From a virus (Duplodnaviria; Caudoviricetes), in IMG/VR virus record IMGVR_UViG_3300035208_002849, positions 32,001 through 96,000 of that record: a stretch of 64,000 bases of DNA; one strand, written 5' to 3'. The translations under genes and the position numbers were made by a program. Below, piece by piece: positions 1-8,225 of this stretch. The notes beneath the pieces were generated by a model. The model searched no databases, had not been told where the DNA came from, and worked only from the letters and a program-made list of their open reading frames with translations. Position 1 is the stretch's first letter; each line of letters starts with the position of its first letter.

Positions 1-12
1 TCCCTCAAGATT

Positions 13-987
13 TTATTTTCTGAATAGTTTCAGAAGAGCGGACAACCAACTGATTTTTTTCTTTGGTTGTTCCTCAACTACTGGAGTTGGGGCTGGAGCT
101 GAAGTTGGAACAATTACTGGCTTCTCAACTACTGGTTCAGTAACCGGATTCATCAACGATTCGAGAGAAATTTCTTCGCTCTCAGCTTCGACTTCTTCAC
201 CAGTAATTTTTTCCCACGCAAAATCAGGACCTAGATCCCATTTACCAGCCTTGCGGAAATTTACGTGAGTGCATATTCCCTTGAACTCCTTTGCCTCGGA
301 TGTAGATGCGAATGTTTCATATCGCTTATCTTCATCAAGGAATGTCTTAGGAATATTGTGTTCGATGCATAGGTAATCCAAAAGATTATTCAGAGCCTTG
401 TACTGCTCAGGTGTGAATGAAGCGAAATACTTATAACCTCGATATCCATCCTCAACAATGCTGTAATACTCAGGTTCATGAAGAGTGCAATACACATCTT
501 TCTTTGTCTTCTTAGTATCTCCATTTGAATCCTTGTAGGTGACCTGAGAATATATCGTCTCCAAATCTTCACCACGTAATGTCAAGGGTCCATAGTTAGA
601 CATTTCGATTGCAATGCTGCGTTGTGAGTTAGGCTTATTTCCACCTACCGCACCAGTACCAAGATGGTATGACCAATACTTAGGATCGAACAACTCATAT
701 ACCTCACCCGATCTTGCGATAACATAAGATACGCTCACATGATTGTCTTTGGTTGTTAATGATGCCATATCAGCACGTAGTGTACCTGCGGTTGAATGAA
801 TGACAATCATATCTTTCTTGGTTTCGGTCGCATAATAATACGAGTTGAAATTAGGTCGGATCTGGCGAATAGTTGTATCACCGCCAGCGATTACTATTGT
901 ATCGATTTCCTTGTATTTTACTTTACTCGTATTAGTCAGTTCGGTTCCGAATTTTGTTTCTTGTTCTGCAATAGCACTTGCTTTCAT
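13..987 (-). CDS. N-acetylmuramoyl-L-alanine amidase (Amidase_2), probable endolysin
   Basis: IVIHSTAG, VSYVIARSG, WSYHLG, N..SIAIEMSN, FTPEQYKAL and THVNF..KWDLG motifs; Pro/Glu-rich linker and basic amphipathic C-terminus. Confidence 0.85.
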   Translation of the reverse strand: MKASAIAEQETKFGTELTNTSKVKYKEIDTIVIAGGDTTIRQIRPNFNSYYYATETKKDMIVIHSTAGTLRADMASLTTKDNHVSVSYVIARSGEVYELFDPKYWSYHLGTGAVGGNKPNSQRSIAIEMSNYGPLTLRGEDLETIYSQVTYKDSNGDTKKTKKDVYCTLHEPEYYSIVEDGYRGYKYFASFTPEQYKALNNLLDYLCIEHNIPKTFLDEDKRYETFASTSEAKEFKGICTHVNFRKAGKWDLGPDFAWEKITGEEVEAESEEISLESLMNPVTEPVVEKPVIVPTSAPAPTPVVEEQPKKKISWLSALLKLFRK

Positions 988-1009
988 TGGTATTTCTCCA
1001 TTTTTATAA

Positions 1010-1036
1010 AGTTTATAATTAGTTATGTTATAAACT
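1010..1036. promoter_or_regulatory. Divergent pair of TTATAAACT putative late promoters
   Basis: AGTTTATAA at 1010-1018 (minus) and TTATAAACT at 1028-1036 (plus), each just upstream of an ORF start. Confidence 0.7.
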
Positions 1037-1053
1037 ATAGGTAGAGGTTATTC

Positions 1054-1401
1054 ATGTCCGAAAATGAAGATATGTTAAATGAAGAAGAGATCGAAGAAAT
1101 TTTTGAAGAAAATGCTTCAGATGAACCTTCACAGACGATAAATAAAAACTCTCGAAAACGAGGAAAATCAAAAGAGTCAACAATGGATGATTCCGGTGAA
1201 AAAACTGTAGAATTGGACGAATCTTCTAAAAAATCTGATTCAGAACCAGTGTTGGATGAATCATCCGAGATGCTGAAAAAGATAGAGAATCGACCCAAGA
1301 TTGTACCTCCTGTCCGAGTACCACGAACCAAGAAACCTGCACGTAAAAAGGCCGTCAAAGTAAACACTAAGACGATTAGTCGTGTTGTGCGATTTTTTTA
1401 A
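1054..1401 (+). CDS. Hypothetical protein (acidic N-terminus, basic C-terminus)
   Basis: 115-aa ORF with GAGGT RBS, downstream of the late-promoter motif. Confidence 0.7.
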   Translation: MSENEDMLNEEEIEEIFEENASDEPSQTINKNSRKRGKSKESTMDDSGEKTVELDESSKKSDSEPVLDESSEMLKKIENRPKIVPPVRVPRTKKPARKKAVKVNTKTISRVVRFF

Positions 1402-1410
1402 TTTACTTGA

Positions 1411-1438
1411 TTGACAAAACAAAATAGTTTTCTATATT
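1411..1438 (+). promoter_or_regulatory. Sigma70-like early promoter
   Basis: TTGACA-16 nt-TATATT, followed by AGGAG RBS and ATG at 1462. Confidence 0.6.
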
Positions 1439-1461
1439 TATGAGTATCAAAGGAGACTCAT

Positions 1462-2244
1462 ATGAAATTTACTGTAGCTATTATGTTTGTCATTATGATG
1501 TTCGCCGCCGCTGCGGATGCTGGTGACTTCGAAGTAAAGGTAAGCAACTTCGATAAAACGAACATCAATGCCACTGCCGATGATATGATGGAAGATATGG
1601 AATACTTCCTGAAAGAACCGCTTAACTGGTGTGAAGTGACTCCGGTTGGTGAACTCTCCATCATGCATCAAAATAAATCCTATAGCCGAGTACAGCTATC
1701 ATTTGAAATCAAATGTGACCACGAGAATGTTCGTAAGAAATTCAAGAAGTTTTGGAACCAGTACGAAGATTTCATGTACAAAAATCAGAATCTGGTTGAC
1801 TCCAGAATCAGCCGAGAATATCCTGACTACGAACTGTGGTGGGGAATGGAGATCAATGACTACATGTTCATCCAGTTACATCTCATGAGTGCGTTCGGTG
1901 GAAGTAATACGTTCAATAACCAATGTGTATTTTTCCGACTCAAAATTGGTGATGAATTCGAAACAATTCCGTTTCGTGCTGACATGCCCGGAAGTATGTT
2001 GAAAATCATTGCAACCAATACCATTCCAAATAGGACTCAATATGTTTACACATATTTATTCGATATTCCTACCATGCTGATCGAGGATGGTGAATTGGAC
2101 ATCGATGTCGAACGTGTATGGCATTTGGTAAATCGGGAAAAGTATATCAGACGTAAAATAAGAAGGGAGCAGCCAGTGGCCACTCCCTTCACCCCCAATC
2201 CATTAACTGGATTTAATCCTGCACCGGGACATACTCACGCTTGA
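1462..2244 (+). CDS. Hypothetical exported protein with Sec-type signal peptide
   Basis: N-terminus MKFTVAIMFVIMMFAAAADA; AGGAG RBS. Confidence 0.7.
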   Translation: MKFTVAIMFVIMMFAAAADAGDFEVKVSNFDKTNINATADDMMEDMEYFLKEPLNWCEVTPVGELSIMHQNKSYSRVQLSFEIKCDHENVRKKFKKFWNQYEDFMYKNQNLVDSRISREYPDYELWWGMEINDYMFIQLHLMSAFGGSNTFNNQCVFFRLKIGDEFETIPFRADMPGSMLKIIATNTIPNRTQYVYTYLFDIPTMLIEDGELDIDVERVWHLVNREKYIRRKIRREQPVATPFTPNPLTGFNPAPGHTHA

Positions 2245-2899
2245 GTACTTCTTTGTAGATTCGAACTCTGGAAGCACGAATCAGATCAATATCACGCTTG
2301 TAATAAGTCGGATAATGATTCTGCTTCAGATAGCCTTCCTGCTTCACTACGCAGTTCGCACCAGATACTTCAACACCCTTGTAGAACATCTTGCGAAGGG
2401 ACTGAACGGTTTCTCTGACTTCCATAAGCATACGAAGACGCTGTGAGTTCAGATAACGCATATAAGTGCCCTTAATGACCTTTTCGCTCTTACCCTGTGA
2501 ATCCATATCAACCAACTTAGAAAGGGTGTCCTCAAGCTTTCCGAGGCCCTTGTCATCGGTGATACGCAGGAACGAAGCAAGGCGGTCGGTGCAAGATGAA
2601 TTACGAAGTGCAAAGTAATCCATGAGCAATGTCATTGCCTCAGCTTCGAAGTTGGATACAACCCCAGTTTCATCACAACCAATCAATTCGATCAAACGAT
2701 TGATAGGTTCAATGCCAAGACGCTGAACTCGACTGAGTACCGATTTGGTAGAAGCCATAGGCTTTCCATCAATAGATGCTCTGACGTAGTACGTGGGTGT
2801 ACTTTTGCTCAGGTCATATCCATATTCGATTCGAAATTCATTTCCCTTAGTGTTTACCACATTCAGGGAAAATTCTCTCAAGGTTTCTCGTGTTTCCAT
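2213..2899 (-). CDS. Hypothetical protein
   Basis: 228-aa ORF with AGGAG RBS. Confidence 0.7.
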   Translation of the reverse strand: METRETLREFSLNVVNTKGNEFRIEYGYDLSKSTPTYYVRASIDGKPMASTKSVLSRVQRLGIEPINRLIELIGCDETGVVSNFEAEAMTLLMDYFALRNSSCTDRLASFLRITDDKGLGKLEDTLSKLVDMDSQGKSEKVIKGTYMRYLNSQRLRMLMEVRETVQSLRKMFYKGVEVSGANCVVKQEGYLKQNHYPTYYKRDIDLIRASRVRIYKEVLKREYVPVQD

Positions 2900-2925
2900 T
2901 ATGTACTCCTTTGTACTTTATACTC

Positions 2926-3426
2926 TTACAGTAGCTCGTTATCGGAAGAGTGTGTTTGAGGTTCATCGCACAGGTTGATAAGAACGGGGTAATCCATCAG
3001 TACTTTTTTACCGTCTTCATTCTCTTCCTTGTGCTTCAGGTAGATATAGGCATTCTTACCATCACTATCGCTGATTTCTTTCTTGAAGTGAAAATTGTAA
3101 TCAAACGAATCAATTCCTTCTTCAGTTTTTCGGGTCACTTCAATCTTCTGAAGTCTCGCATTGAATTCCATTTCATCGAACTCTACCAGATAGTAGTTCG
3201 GATCATAGTCCGATACGTCAAATACCAGCTTCGACCAGCGAACAGGGTATTCGAACATGGACTGGATATTCGTAGTGTCCAGTGCTTTCTCGAAGTGCGA
3301 CATAAGATTCTGAACATCACCGGAACTGGTATGCTTAATTACGACCTGTACACATGCTTCACTGTCGCCGCTGGGAGGAACGTTGGTGTACTTGGTCAGA
3401 ATACCTTGAATTTCTTTACCGATCAT
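2926..3426 (-). CDS. Hypothetical protein
   Basis: 166-aa ORF, AGGAG RBS, upstream TATCTTT motif. Confidence 0.7.
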   Translation of the reverse strand: MIGKEIQGILTKYTNVPPSGDSEACVQVVIKHTSSGDVQNLMSHFEKALDTTNIQSMFEYPVRWSKLVFDVSDYDPNYYLVEFDEMEFNARLQKIEVTRKTEEGIDSFDYNFHFKKEISDSDGKNAYIYLKHKEENEDGKKVLMDYPVLINLCDEPQTHSSDNELL

Positions 3427-3507
3427 CGGTTGACTCCTGTCAGATAGGGGGTTATGGCTTTGTTTCAGTCAAAGATAGCAAAAAAATTGGGATTGGCACT
3501 AATTTTT

Positions 3508-3516
3508 TTATAAACT
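3508..3516 (+). promoter_or_regulatory. TTATAAACT putative late promoter upstream of the omegaRNA
   Basis: Exact copy of the recurrent motif, 24 nt before the omegaRNA scaffold. Confidence 0.7.
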
Positions 3517-3520
3517 ATTG

Positions 3521-3800
3521 AGAGAAACACGTTAGGTATCGTCAACAACCCCTAGACTGAAGATTTAGGGGCTTGCTAAGTGACCAGATATAGTCACTGA
3601 GAGCTTAGTAGGATATATTGAATTTGTTGACTAGCCTGTGCGAACATGTCCCGTTAGGGACATGCATAGCAAACTGAACCATCGTGTTGACAACACAATC
3701 ACTCTCTGATGCTCGTCCAGTTAGAGATTCAAGTGAGGTGGTCAGTGGCGAGGATGTATATATACCCCTAGAAATAGGGAGTGGTCGTAAGACCAAATTT
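3521..3800 (+). ncRNA. omegaRNA (HEARO-like): ~20-nt 5' guide plus scaffold starting at 3541
   Basis: GTCAAC(3541) pairs with GTTGAC(3626) followed by TAGCCT; CATGTCCC/GGGACATG stem; GATGCT..CCAGT and TGGCGAGG segments resembling IscB/IsrB omegaRNAs; directly 5' of isrB; ends approximate. Confidence 0.75.
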
Positions 3801-4837
3801 TAAAAAGGAATGATAATGTTAGTAGGTGTTGTATATAATGGAAAGGCTTTGATGCCAACTTGCCCTACAAGGGCAAGGCGACTCATTGCGTCCAAACATG
3901 CAACGCCTTTTATCCATAAAGGTATTTTCTGTATCAGACTGAACAGAACACCTTCTGATAACAAAATTCAGTCAGTTACCGCCGGGGTAGACCCCGGCTC
4001 AAAAAAAGAAGGAATTTCTGTAGTTACTAAAACAAAAACTGTATTGAATATACAGTTGGATTCAGTGACGTGGGTGACAGACACACTAGAATCCAGACGG
4101 AACGCTCGTAGAGCGAGACGTTTCCGTAATACCCCATGTAGAAAAGGTAAACCAGTGATAGATAAAACTGATTGGATTCCACCGAGCACCAAAGCTCGGT
4201 GGCAAGCCAAACTCAACCTGATTAAATCTCTTACTCAGGTATTTCCAATACAAACAGTTGTGGTGGAAGATATTAAAACCAAGTCCATCAAAGGTAAGTC
4301 AAGATGGAACGCATCGTTCAGCCCGTTAGAAACGGGTAAACGATGGTTTTATTCCAGTTTAACTGATATCGGATTAGAAGTTATCACTAAGCAGGGGTAT
4401 GAAACAGCCGAGATGCGTAAGCAACTCGGTCTGTCTAAGAATCCTAAGAAACTTTCGAATACATGGGATGCACATTGTGTCGATTCATGGGTTCTAGCTG
4501 CGTCACAGACGCAGGGTAAACCAAGCATTGACACTGATATGCTACTGATTAAACCAATGCAGTTTCATCGTAGACAGTTACATGCATTCCAACCTTCGGT
4601 TGGTGGATTTCGCAGAACCTATGGTTCTACTCGATCTATGGGATTCAGACGTGGATCTATCGTCAAACACTCTAAATACGGGGTTTGTACGGTAGGTGGA
4701 ACATCCAAAGGTTTTATCAGTTTACATAGCTTAACTACAGGAAAACGGTTGTGTCAGAACGCTTTGCGTTCCGACACAACTTTTAAATCATTTAACAATT
4801 ATTTTATCAGACCACTTAGGGGTTTCATGGAGACCAT
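3541..4837 (+). mobile_element. IS200/IS605-superfamily IsrB (OMEGA) element, non-autonomous (no tnpA)
   Basis: Left end GTCAAC..CCCCTAGA-loop-TTTAGGGG hairpin, structured ncRNA, isrB ORF, remnant right-end TTAGGGGTTTC; boundaries inferred. Confidence 0.75.
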
Positions 4838-4841
4838 ATGA
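3810..4841 (+). CDS. isrB: IsrB RNA-guided nickase (PLMP + split RuvC, no HNH)
   Basis: ALMPT (PLMP), RARRL, GVDPG (RuvC-I), RRNARRARRFR bridge helix, VVEDI (RuvC-II), AHCVDS (RuvC-III); 343 aa; no HNH/CxxC region. Confidence 0.85.
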   Translation: MIMLVGVVYNGKALMPTCPTRARRLIASKHATPFIHKGIFCIRLNRTPSDNKIQSVTAGVDPGSKKEGISVVTKTKTVLNIQLDSVTWVTDTLESRRNARRARRFRNTPCRKGKPVIDKTDWIPPSTKARWQAKLNLIKSLTQVFPIQTVVVEDIKTKSIKGKSRWNASFSPLETGKRWFYSSLTDIGLEVITKQGYETAEMRKQLGLSKNPKKLSNTWDAHCVDSWVLAASQTQGKPSIDTDMLLIKPMQFHRRQLHAFQPSVGGFRRTYGSTRSMGFRRGSIVKHSKYGVCTVGGTSKGFISLHSLTTGKRLCQNALRSDTTFKSFNNYFIRPLRGFMETI

Positions 4842-5938
4842 AAGCTCGTAAAATTGCAGGAATTCGCCTAGTTAACTATATTCATGATAGTATCAACTGG
4901 AAAGATCACAGAGACATTGTATTGGACTTCTGGGTGGCATTCAAGTGCCGTGAGTCTGGCTATTACCCAAAACAGTTCGATGGTATGTTTGTCGTGGAAG
5001 AACTCCCCATACAGGCCCAAAGTGACTATGAAGCATGGTTTAATGGATTCGATTTCCAGACGGAAGAAGATAAGGACTGGCTAGAATTTGTCAGCGACAC
5101 CCTGAATATCTTCTATCACACCCAAGATCCTATCGAAATGCCAGAAGAAACATGGTATATCGACCTAATGCAATCCGAAGTGAAAGCTCGTGAAATTGCA
5201 GAGAAACAGGTATATCATGGGAATCCCAATATTAACAATTTCTGGAAAATCGATACAAACTCCAAACCCGATGAAGTTGGTGGTAGACGTAATGGGTATC
5301 TATTTACCTCCGAGCTGGCTGAAATCGATCCGAGTGACACAAAGGGATTCTATTGGGCAATTGCTTTCCAGTGTCCCGAAACCGTGAAACTGTTTTTCCT
5401 TGATGGGGAGCAGAAAAAAAGTAAATGCATTAACTGGGCAGCTAATTGTACTCACATGACTCTACTGAAAATTACTGGGGATGGTCGTTTCCGGGTTGAA
5501 CCAGTATTCGTTGAAGGAAAGGCATGGCGTAGTGACCGAAACATTCCTCAGGGCAATCTACCTACTTCTCCGCTATCTGGACGAGCACTAAACAAATACT
5601 TTAATCATAATTTCAAAGAAATGTATGGTATTTGGGATGAGATTGATGAAAAAACTAAGAAAGCAAATGAAGCCGCTAACCAACGTAAGAACGCAGTGAA
5701 TACGTTCAACGATGAACAAGTTAAGGTTAGTAAGGTTCTTGATAAGACAGTCAATGAATTTATTGTTGATGGAAACGTATCCCCAGAGAGACGTGAACGC
5801 AATAAAAAGATTCGCCAAGCTATCCGTGAAAAGAACAAACTTCGTGAGCGAGAAATCAAAAAGAAAATGCGTGATATCGAGAAAGCTGAGACCAAGCAAA
5901 GTAATCGAGATCATGACAAATACAATGCTTTCAAATAG
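4838..5938 (+). CDS. Hypothetical protein (basic coiled-coil C-terminus)
   Basis: 366-aa ORF; ATGA overlaps the isrB stop. Confidence 0.75.
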   Translation: MKARKIAGIRLVNYIHDSINWKDHRDIVLDFWVAFKCRESGYYPKQFDGMFVVEELPIQAQSDYEAWFNGFDFQTEEDKDWLEFVSDTLNIFYHTQDPIEMPEETWYIDLMQSEVKAREIAEKQVYHGNPNINNFWKIDTNSKPDEVGGRRNGYLFTSELAEIDPSDTKGFYWAIAFQCPETVKLFFLDGEQKKSKCINWAANCTHMTLLKITGDGRFRVEPVFVEGKAWRSDRNIPQGNLPTSPLSGRALNKYFNHNFKEMYGIWDEIDEKTKKANEAANQRKNAVNTFNDEQVKVSKVLDKTVNEFIVDGNVSPERRERNKKIRQAIREKNKLREREIKKKMRDIEKAETKQSNRDHDKYNAFK

Positions 5939-5991
5939 TTTTTCAGATTATTATAAACTAAGTATAGCAAACAGGTATAGGACTATTTACC

Positions 5992-6675
5992 ATGAAAAAA
6001 TTCGAGTTACCAAATAACGATGATGTTGAAAAGATTCTCATGAAGAATCTTAAACACACTAACCCTCTGGAAATGAAAGAGAAGGAAGTTAGTGGCGAAA
6101 AAACTTTGTTCCCTTTCTGGACACCTGTCAAACATGACGGTGCAGAAACTTTCCATGACTATCAAGAATATCTGACCAAGAAAGATAAGAAACTCCGTGG
6201 CGATAAAGTTGGCATTGTTGAGCCTAAGTCTACTTTCAAGACAAATGCAAATGGAAGTATCGAAGTAAAAAACAGCTACGAGGACTATTCCATTATTGGT
6301 CAAATGCAGAGTGTTGTGGATAAAATCAATGATACTGATCTTGGTGACAACACGGGTGTTGTTAAAGCAACAACCGAAGCCATGCCTAAGAAGAAAACTG
6401 ATGCAATCACAACTAATGTTACTACCGCTGAATATGAAGAAGAATCAAATGCAGCAAAACCTAAGGGTGACAAAGTTGGTATCGTTAAACCAAAGGGTGA
6501 AGGAATGCCAACAAAAAAAGTTGCTCCTATCACAAAATCTGAGGTGATTGAACAGGAAGTTGAAGAAGAATCGAATGCTGCTAAGCCAAAAGGTGACAAT
6601 GTTGGTGTTGTTAAACCTCAAGCAGATTTCGATGTCGATATCAGCGAGATCGATTTCAAGCGTTTCATGAAATAA
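5992..6675 (+). CDS. Hypothetical late protein with internal GD(K/N)VG(I/V)V(K/E)P repeats
   Basis: TTATAAACT at 5951-5959; repeated EEESNAAKPKGDxVGxVKP. Confidence 0.7.
   Translation: MKKFELPNNDDVEKILMKNLKHTNPLEMKEKEVSGEKTLFPFWTPVKHDGAETFHDYQEYLTKKDKKLRGDKVGIVEPKSTFKTNANGSIEVKNSYEDYSIIGQMQSVVDKINDTDLGDNTGVVKATTEAMPKKKTDAITTNVTTAEYEEESNAAKPKGDKVGIVKPKGEGMPTKKVAPITKSEVIEQEVEEESNAAKPKGDNVGVVKPQADFDVDISEIDFKRFMK
6435..6618 (+). repeat. Two ~57-bp imperfect coding repeats
   Basis: gaagaagaatc.aatgc.gc.aa.cc.aa.ggtgacaa.gttggt.t.gttaaacc at about 6435 and 6562. Confidence 0.7.
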
Positions 6676-6692
6676 GATAACTCGAATAACAT

Positions 6693-6720
6693 AAAAGCCC
6701 CTGCATGCGGGGCTTTTTTT
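6693..6720 (+). terminator. Intrinsic terminator (possibly bidirectional)
   Basis: AAAAGCCCC-TGCATGC-GGGGCTTTTTTT. Confidence 0.75.
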
Positions 6721-6902
6721 ATTCATCAGCAGAACATAGTTCACATTCGGTATCACCATCTTCCGGTCGAATACCACCAATATGTGATGGCTTAAATGTA
6801 CTGTGTGTTATTTCAACCGGACCAGTGATTATTGTTTCCTCTCTATCATTTCATAGTTGGTGTCATGAACAGTAGTCATATTGAAACTCCTTATTGGTAA
6901 AT

Positions 6903-6914
6903 AGTTTATAAACT
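6903..6914. promoter_or_regulatory. Palindromic bidirectional late-promoter motif AGTTTATAAACT
   Basis: Perfect 12-bp palindrome containing TTATAAACT on both strands. Confidence 0.65.
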
Positions 6915-6931
6915 GTATATGAGGAAACCGT

Positions 6932-7591
6932 ATGGATGGTGATAGTTTTACACAAATTTTAACAGACATGCCGAGACGAGCAAAAAAACGAAATAAAAAC
7001 CGAAACAATCAGTTGCCAGTGCAAGTATTTGCTCCGCATCGCACTAATCCCCAATCTCCTATGGGAGAATCGGCGGATAAGTTTGTTTACGAATATAGCT
7101 GTGCTATGTTGAATCTCAGTGCTGATATTGCAGATAAGGTTCTTCAGTGGGCAACCGAAAATATCCCCGAAGAAAATCTTTATATTAACGAAGATTATGG
7201 GATGGATGGTTATGAAGATACGCCGCATGTTACAGTAAAATATGGATTGCACGATAGTGATCCAAAAAAATTACAAGAGTTGATTGATGGATATGGCCCG
7301 ATCTCATTTAAACTGGGGTTGGTTGAAAAATTCGACACTAACCCAAATTTCGATGTATTGAAAATAACAGTTGAAAGTCCCCAGTTGCGAGAATTGAATC
7401 AATATATCTCGGATAATATGGAACATACCGATACATTCGATGAATACAAACCACATGCAACATTGGCGTATATTAAAAAAGGGACGTGCACCGAGTTAAT
7501 TTCGAATACATTCTTTGATAAACTAGAAGATGAAGTATATGAGATTTATTTCACTTCAAAGACAGGAGATGAGTACTTCTTAGACTTATAA
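6932..7591 (+). CDS. 2H phosphoesterase, Acb1/T4 gp57B-like (candidate anti-CBASS nuclease)
   Basis: Two HxT motifs (PHVTVKY, PHATLAY); HTDTFDEYKPHATLAY resembles the T4 gp57B/Acb1 segment as recalled (THDFDDYTPHITLSY). Confidence 0.7.
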   Translation: MDGDSFTQILTDMPRRAKKRNKNRNNQLPVQVFAPHRTNPQSPMGESADKFVYEYSCAMLNLSADIADKVLQWATENIPEENLYINEDYGMDGYEDTPHVTVKYGLHDSDPKKLQELIDGYGPISFKLGLVEKFDTNPNFDVLKITVESPQLRELNQYISDNMEHTDTFDEYKPHATLAYIKKGTCTELISNTFFDKLEDEVYEIYFTSKTGDEYFLDL

Positions 7592-7601
7592 GGTAATAAT
7601 T

Positions 7602-8222
7602 ATGGATGGACCATTACAAGACAGAAATCTAGGACGTTTGCACCAAGGAACCGCTCGATGTGAGATCGGCCCTATTCCTGTATCGTATGATGAAAATGAT
7701 GCACCCTCATTCGAAGCTGTCAATGGTAGTATCACCGCATTTGTTGCCCCCGGACTTAGTTTAAAATACAAGCTGGATGGCAACTATAAAGCGTTGGTTC
7801 ATATTCCTATCACTGAAGATAATGAATATTATGACAGGCTGCTAACAATTACTATGATCTGTGATGATCGAATGGAAAACTACTGGAACCTACATAGATA
7901 TATGCAGACTATCCAGAGTGGAGCAACCGATGCATTCCCAGCTCAGAGCATACAACATCGTGTATATGGACAGGATGGGTTTTATCGCAATCGAAGAACT
8001 TATATTCCTTACATTAACATTCACATGGCAGATGATTCATATCAGAAACATCAGATCGTTAAATTCGAACGATGCTTCCCATTGGAACTTGAACAATTGA
8101 GTATGAACTTCATGGGACAAGATCCAGTTAAATTCACTGTAAGTTTTGTGTATTCGAAATTGACAGTGCAACGTCAAGCTCCTCCGAATGAAATAGATCC
8201 AGTAAATTGTATAGCGGAGTAA
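7602..8222 (+). CDS. Putative tail-tube-fold protein (gp19/gp3/gp54-like)
   Basis: LTITMICDDRMENYWNL and KFERCFPLEL..F.VSF.Y pattern of tube-fold proteins. Confidence 0.45.
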   Translation: MDGPLQDRNLGRLHQGTARCEIGPIPVSYDENDAPSFEAVNGSITAFVAPGLSLKYKLDGNYKALVHIPITEDNEYYDRLLTITMICDDRMENYWNLHRYMQTIQSGATDAFPAQSIQHRVYGQDGFYRNRRTYIPYINIHMADDSYQKHQIVKFERCFPLELEQLSMNFMGQDPVKFTVSFVYSKLTVQRQAPPNEIDPVNCIAE

Positions 8223-8225
8223 TGT

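Noticed and set aside
3810-4841. IscB, Cas9 or TnpB call for the RuvC ORF
   Set aside because: No HNH or CxxC between RuvC-II and RuvC-III, and a PLMP N-terminus with an upstream RNA; this fits IsrB
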